A DNA stretch of 47,126 nt from an uncultured Muribaculaceae bacterium (GTDB lineage: Bacteria > Bacillota_I > Bacilli_A > RF39 > UBA660), in assembly GCA_964369245.1 (NCBI GenBank), contig CAYJEL010000001.1, positions 1-47,126 on the forward strand. The letters are read 5' to 3'. The position numbers were made by a program, and so were the translations under genes. Within the stretch, counting starts at the first letter, position 1. Every line of letters begins with the position of its first letter. The notes beneath the pieces are model-generated. The model worked only from the letters and a program-made list of their open reading frames with translations. It had not been told where the DNA came from and made no database searches. Positions 45,666 to 47,126 of the stretch are shown here, in pieces.

Positions 45666-47126
45666 TTACATTGTTAAAAACGCTTCAAAAATAGTTCCTT
45701 CTAAGTTAGTAATTATATTATTAATTATTGTATTTAGTTCTTCTTCTGTCAACGTGTTTACATCTTTAGCATTTGTTTTATCAAATGTTTCTATTGTTTC
45801 ATTAGTTGTAATTTTATTTTCTAAATTTACTTCTAAGTATATATCTTCGTTTGATGGATCTTCTATAGCTGCTTTAATAGATATATTAGTGTTTATTTCA
45901 TTTTCAGAAACTGTTTCATTTTTTAAATTTATTTCTAAAACAGCAGTTTGATTATTTTCAATAGTCGCTTCTAATCTGAAGTTGATATTTTCTTCTTCAA
46001 ATTTTATTACTATGTTACCATCATTGGTTTCAAATTTAATTTGATCTAAATCATAATAATAGCTTAATTCATAATCATCACCTGTTACTTGAATACCAAA
46101 TGGTGTAGATAATAAACCTTGTGTTAAAATATTAATTGAAAAAGTTTCTCCGTTAATATCTAAGTCACTTTTTGAATCTTCTAAGTTGTTAATTAGTTCA
46201 TCTTTGTCCATTTCAATGTATTTCGTTACTAAAATTAAAAATTCTTCATCATTTTTCATAGCATCAATAATAGACACTAACATTTTTTCTAATGTATCAG
46301 AGTCTACTTCATATTCATGTGAAGTAACTTTGTAATCTGTATCATCAATTGTAATTGTTTTATCTTCTTTAGTAAATTGTTCACTTATTAAAGAATTCGC
46401 TAGATAGCCACTTATTTTATTTAATAATAACTCTCTATCTTCTTTTGAAATAGTATTATTTTGGATATCTAAAGATTCCATATTTAAATCTAATTCATAA
46501 TCTAATTGGGCGAATAATTTTTCTGAGAAGACACCAGGTAAAGTAGCTACCACTTCATTATCTAATATATTAATCATTGCTCTTAATAAATCCTCATTAT
46601 TTTGAGTTAAGCCTAAATTAGTATATAGATTTGTATTTTTTGCATCTATTCCTATTTTATAATCGATTGCATATTCATTTATTTCTTCTAATCCTGGAAA
46701 GTTTGTATTTAAGCTTAATTTTCCATTTGAGAATAATGTATCTTCATCTACATTATAACTAAAAGTAAAGTTTTCTAAGTCGTCTAATGTATTATTAATA
46801 TTTTTGAATCCTTGTTCAATTGAAGATTTAAATATACTTTCTGATGACATAAATACTGTTTTAAAAATAAATATTCCACTAATTAAAAGCGCTATTGCTA
46901 TAACAACTATTACTATTAAAACCATGTTATTAGATTTTTTATTATTAGGTGTATTTGGATTAACTCCAGTATCATGTATTGTTGTTGTAGGTTGTACTAC
47001 TTCTGGATTAACTTGAGTTGTAGGTTGTACTACTTCTTGATTAACTTGAGTTGTAGGTTGTACTACTTCTTGATTAACTTGAGTTGTAGGTTGTACTACT
47101 TCTGGATTAACTTGAGTTGTAGGTTG
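45666..47126 (-). CDS. Hypothetical single-pass membrane protein with N-terminal 11-aa tandem repeats (5' end probably outside window)
   Basis: The track ORF starts at the ATG at 46925, but there is no SD upstream of it. The same frame stays open with no start or stop codon through 46926-47126. A TM helix (VLIVIVVIAIALLISGIFIF) follows KK, then about 395 aa of acidic Asn/Glu/Asp-rich domain with no recognisable family. Confidence 0.55.
   Translation of the reverse strand, partial: QPTTQVNPEVVQPTTQVNQEVVQPTTQVNQEVVQPTTQVNPEVVQPTTTIHDTGVNPNTPNNKKSNNMVLIVIVVIAIALLISGIFIFKTVFMSSESIFKSSIEQGFKNINNTLDDLENFTFSYNVDEDTLFSNGKLSLNTNFPGLEEINEYAIDYKIGIDAKNTNLYTNLGLTQNNEDLLRAMINILDNEVVATLPGVFSEKLFAQLDYELDLNMESLDIQNNTISKEDRELLLNKISGYLANSLISEQFTKEDKTITIDDTDYKVTSHEYEVDSDTLEKMLVSIIDAMKNDEEFLILVTKYIEMDKDELINNLEDSKSDLDINGETFSINILTQGLLSTPFGIQVTGDDYELSYYYDLDQIKFETNDGNIVIKFEEENINFRLEATIENNQTAVLEINLKNETVSENEINTNISIKAAIEDPSNEDIYLEVNLENKITTNETIETFDKTNAKDVNTLTEEELNTIINNIITNLEGTIFEAFLTM
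46984..47126 (-). repeat. 33-bp tandem repeat, about 4.3 copies, running off the window edge
   Basis: Units 46984-47016, 47017-47049, 47050-47082, 47083-47115, plus a partial unit. They differ only at one position (ctgg/cttg). On the minus strand they read in frame as QPTTQVN(P/Q)EVV. Confidence 0.9.

Noticed and set aside
45658-47016. Plus-strand ORFs 45658-45951 and 46804-47016
   Set aside because: They are antisense to the much longer minus-strand ORF. The first would start inside the convergent terminator hairpin. The second owes its openness to the tandem repeat.
1-47126. Alternative genetic code (TGA = Trp, Mollicutes-like), suggested by the extreme AT content and small SRP RNA
   Set aside because: Long uninterrupted ORFs are obtained with the standard code. 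TGA terminates rsmI (14755-14757), and Trp positions in conserved motifs are encoded by TGG.

Overview
Origin-proximal chromosome segment of a very AT-rich, endospore-forming Bacillota (Firmicute). All genes but one lie on the + strand. Gene order follows the Bacillus subtilis dnaN-to-ksgA region in compact form: dnaN (3' part), a ComK-family gene, recF, gyrB, gyrA, a 1.45-kb ORF-free gap, SRP RNA, tadA, dnaX, ybaB, recR, bofA, holB, ricT, yabB, rsmI, pth, mfd, tatD, yabE-like, rsmA. Next come housekeeping genes (AGCS symporter, ung, mntP, fba, murA, rpmE, rpiB) and a sporulation/shape cluster (spoIID, SpoIIQ-like M23 protein, spoIIID, mreB/mbl). From about 30.9 kb there is an accessory envelope-type block: a Bce-like ABC/FtsX transporter with an OmpR-type response regulator and histidine kinase, an SPFH-SHOCT protein coupled to a double zinc-ribbon membrane protein, two heterodimeric ABC-exporter pairs, and a convergent membrane-anchored repeat protein that runs off the window. 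Standard genetic code: TGA is used as a stop and TGG encodes Trp. The most unusual signal is the gap after gyrA. It holds ten identical copies of the parS-consensus palindrome, each fused to a co-oriented DnaA box. Other notable signals are: three phased perfect Spo0A boxes upstream of the ComK-like gene; two perfect Noc-binding-site palindromes inside dnaX and rsmI, written with rare codons; an ABC pair in which both ATP sites look degenerate; and a pspA-less YdjI/YdjG-like operon. All calls come from reading the sequence and remembered family motifs. No database search was run.
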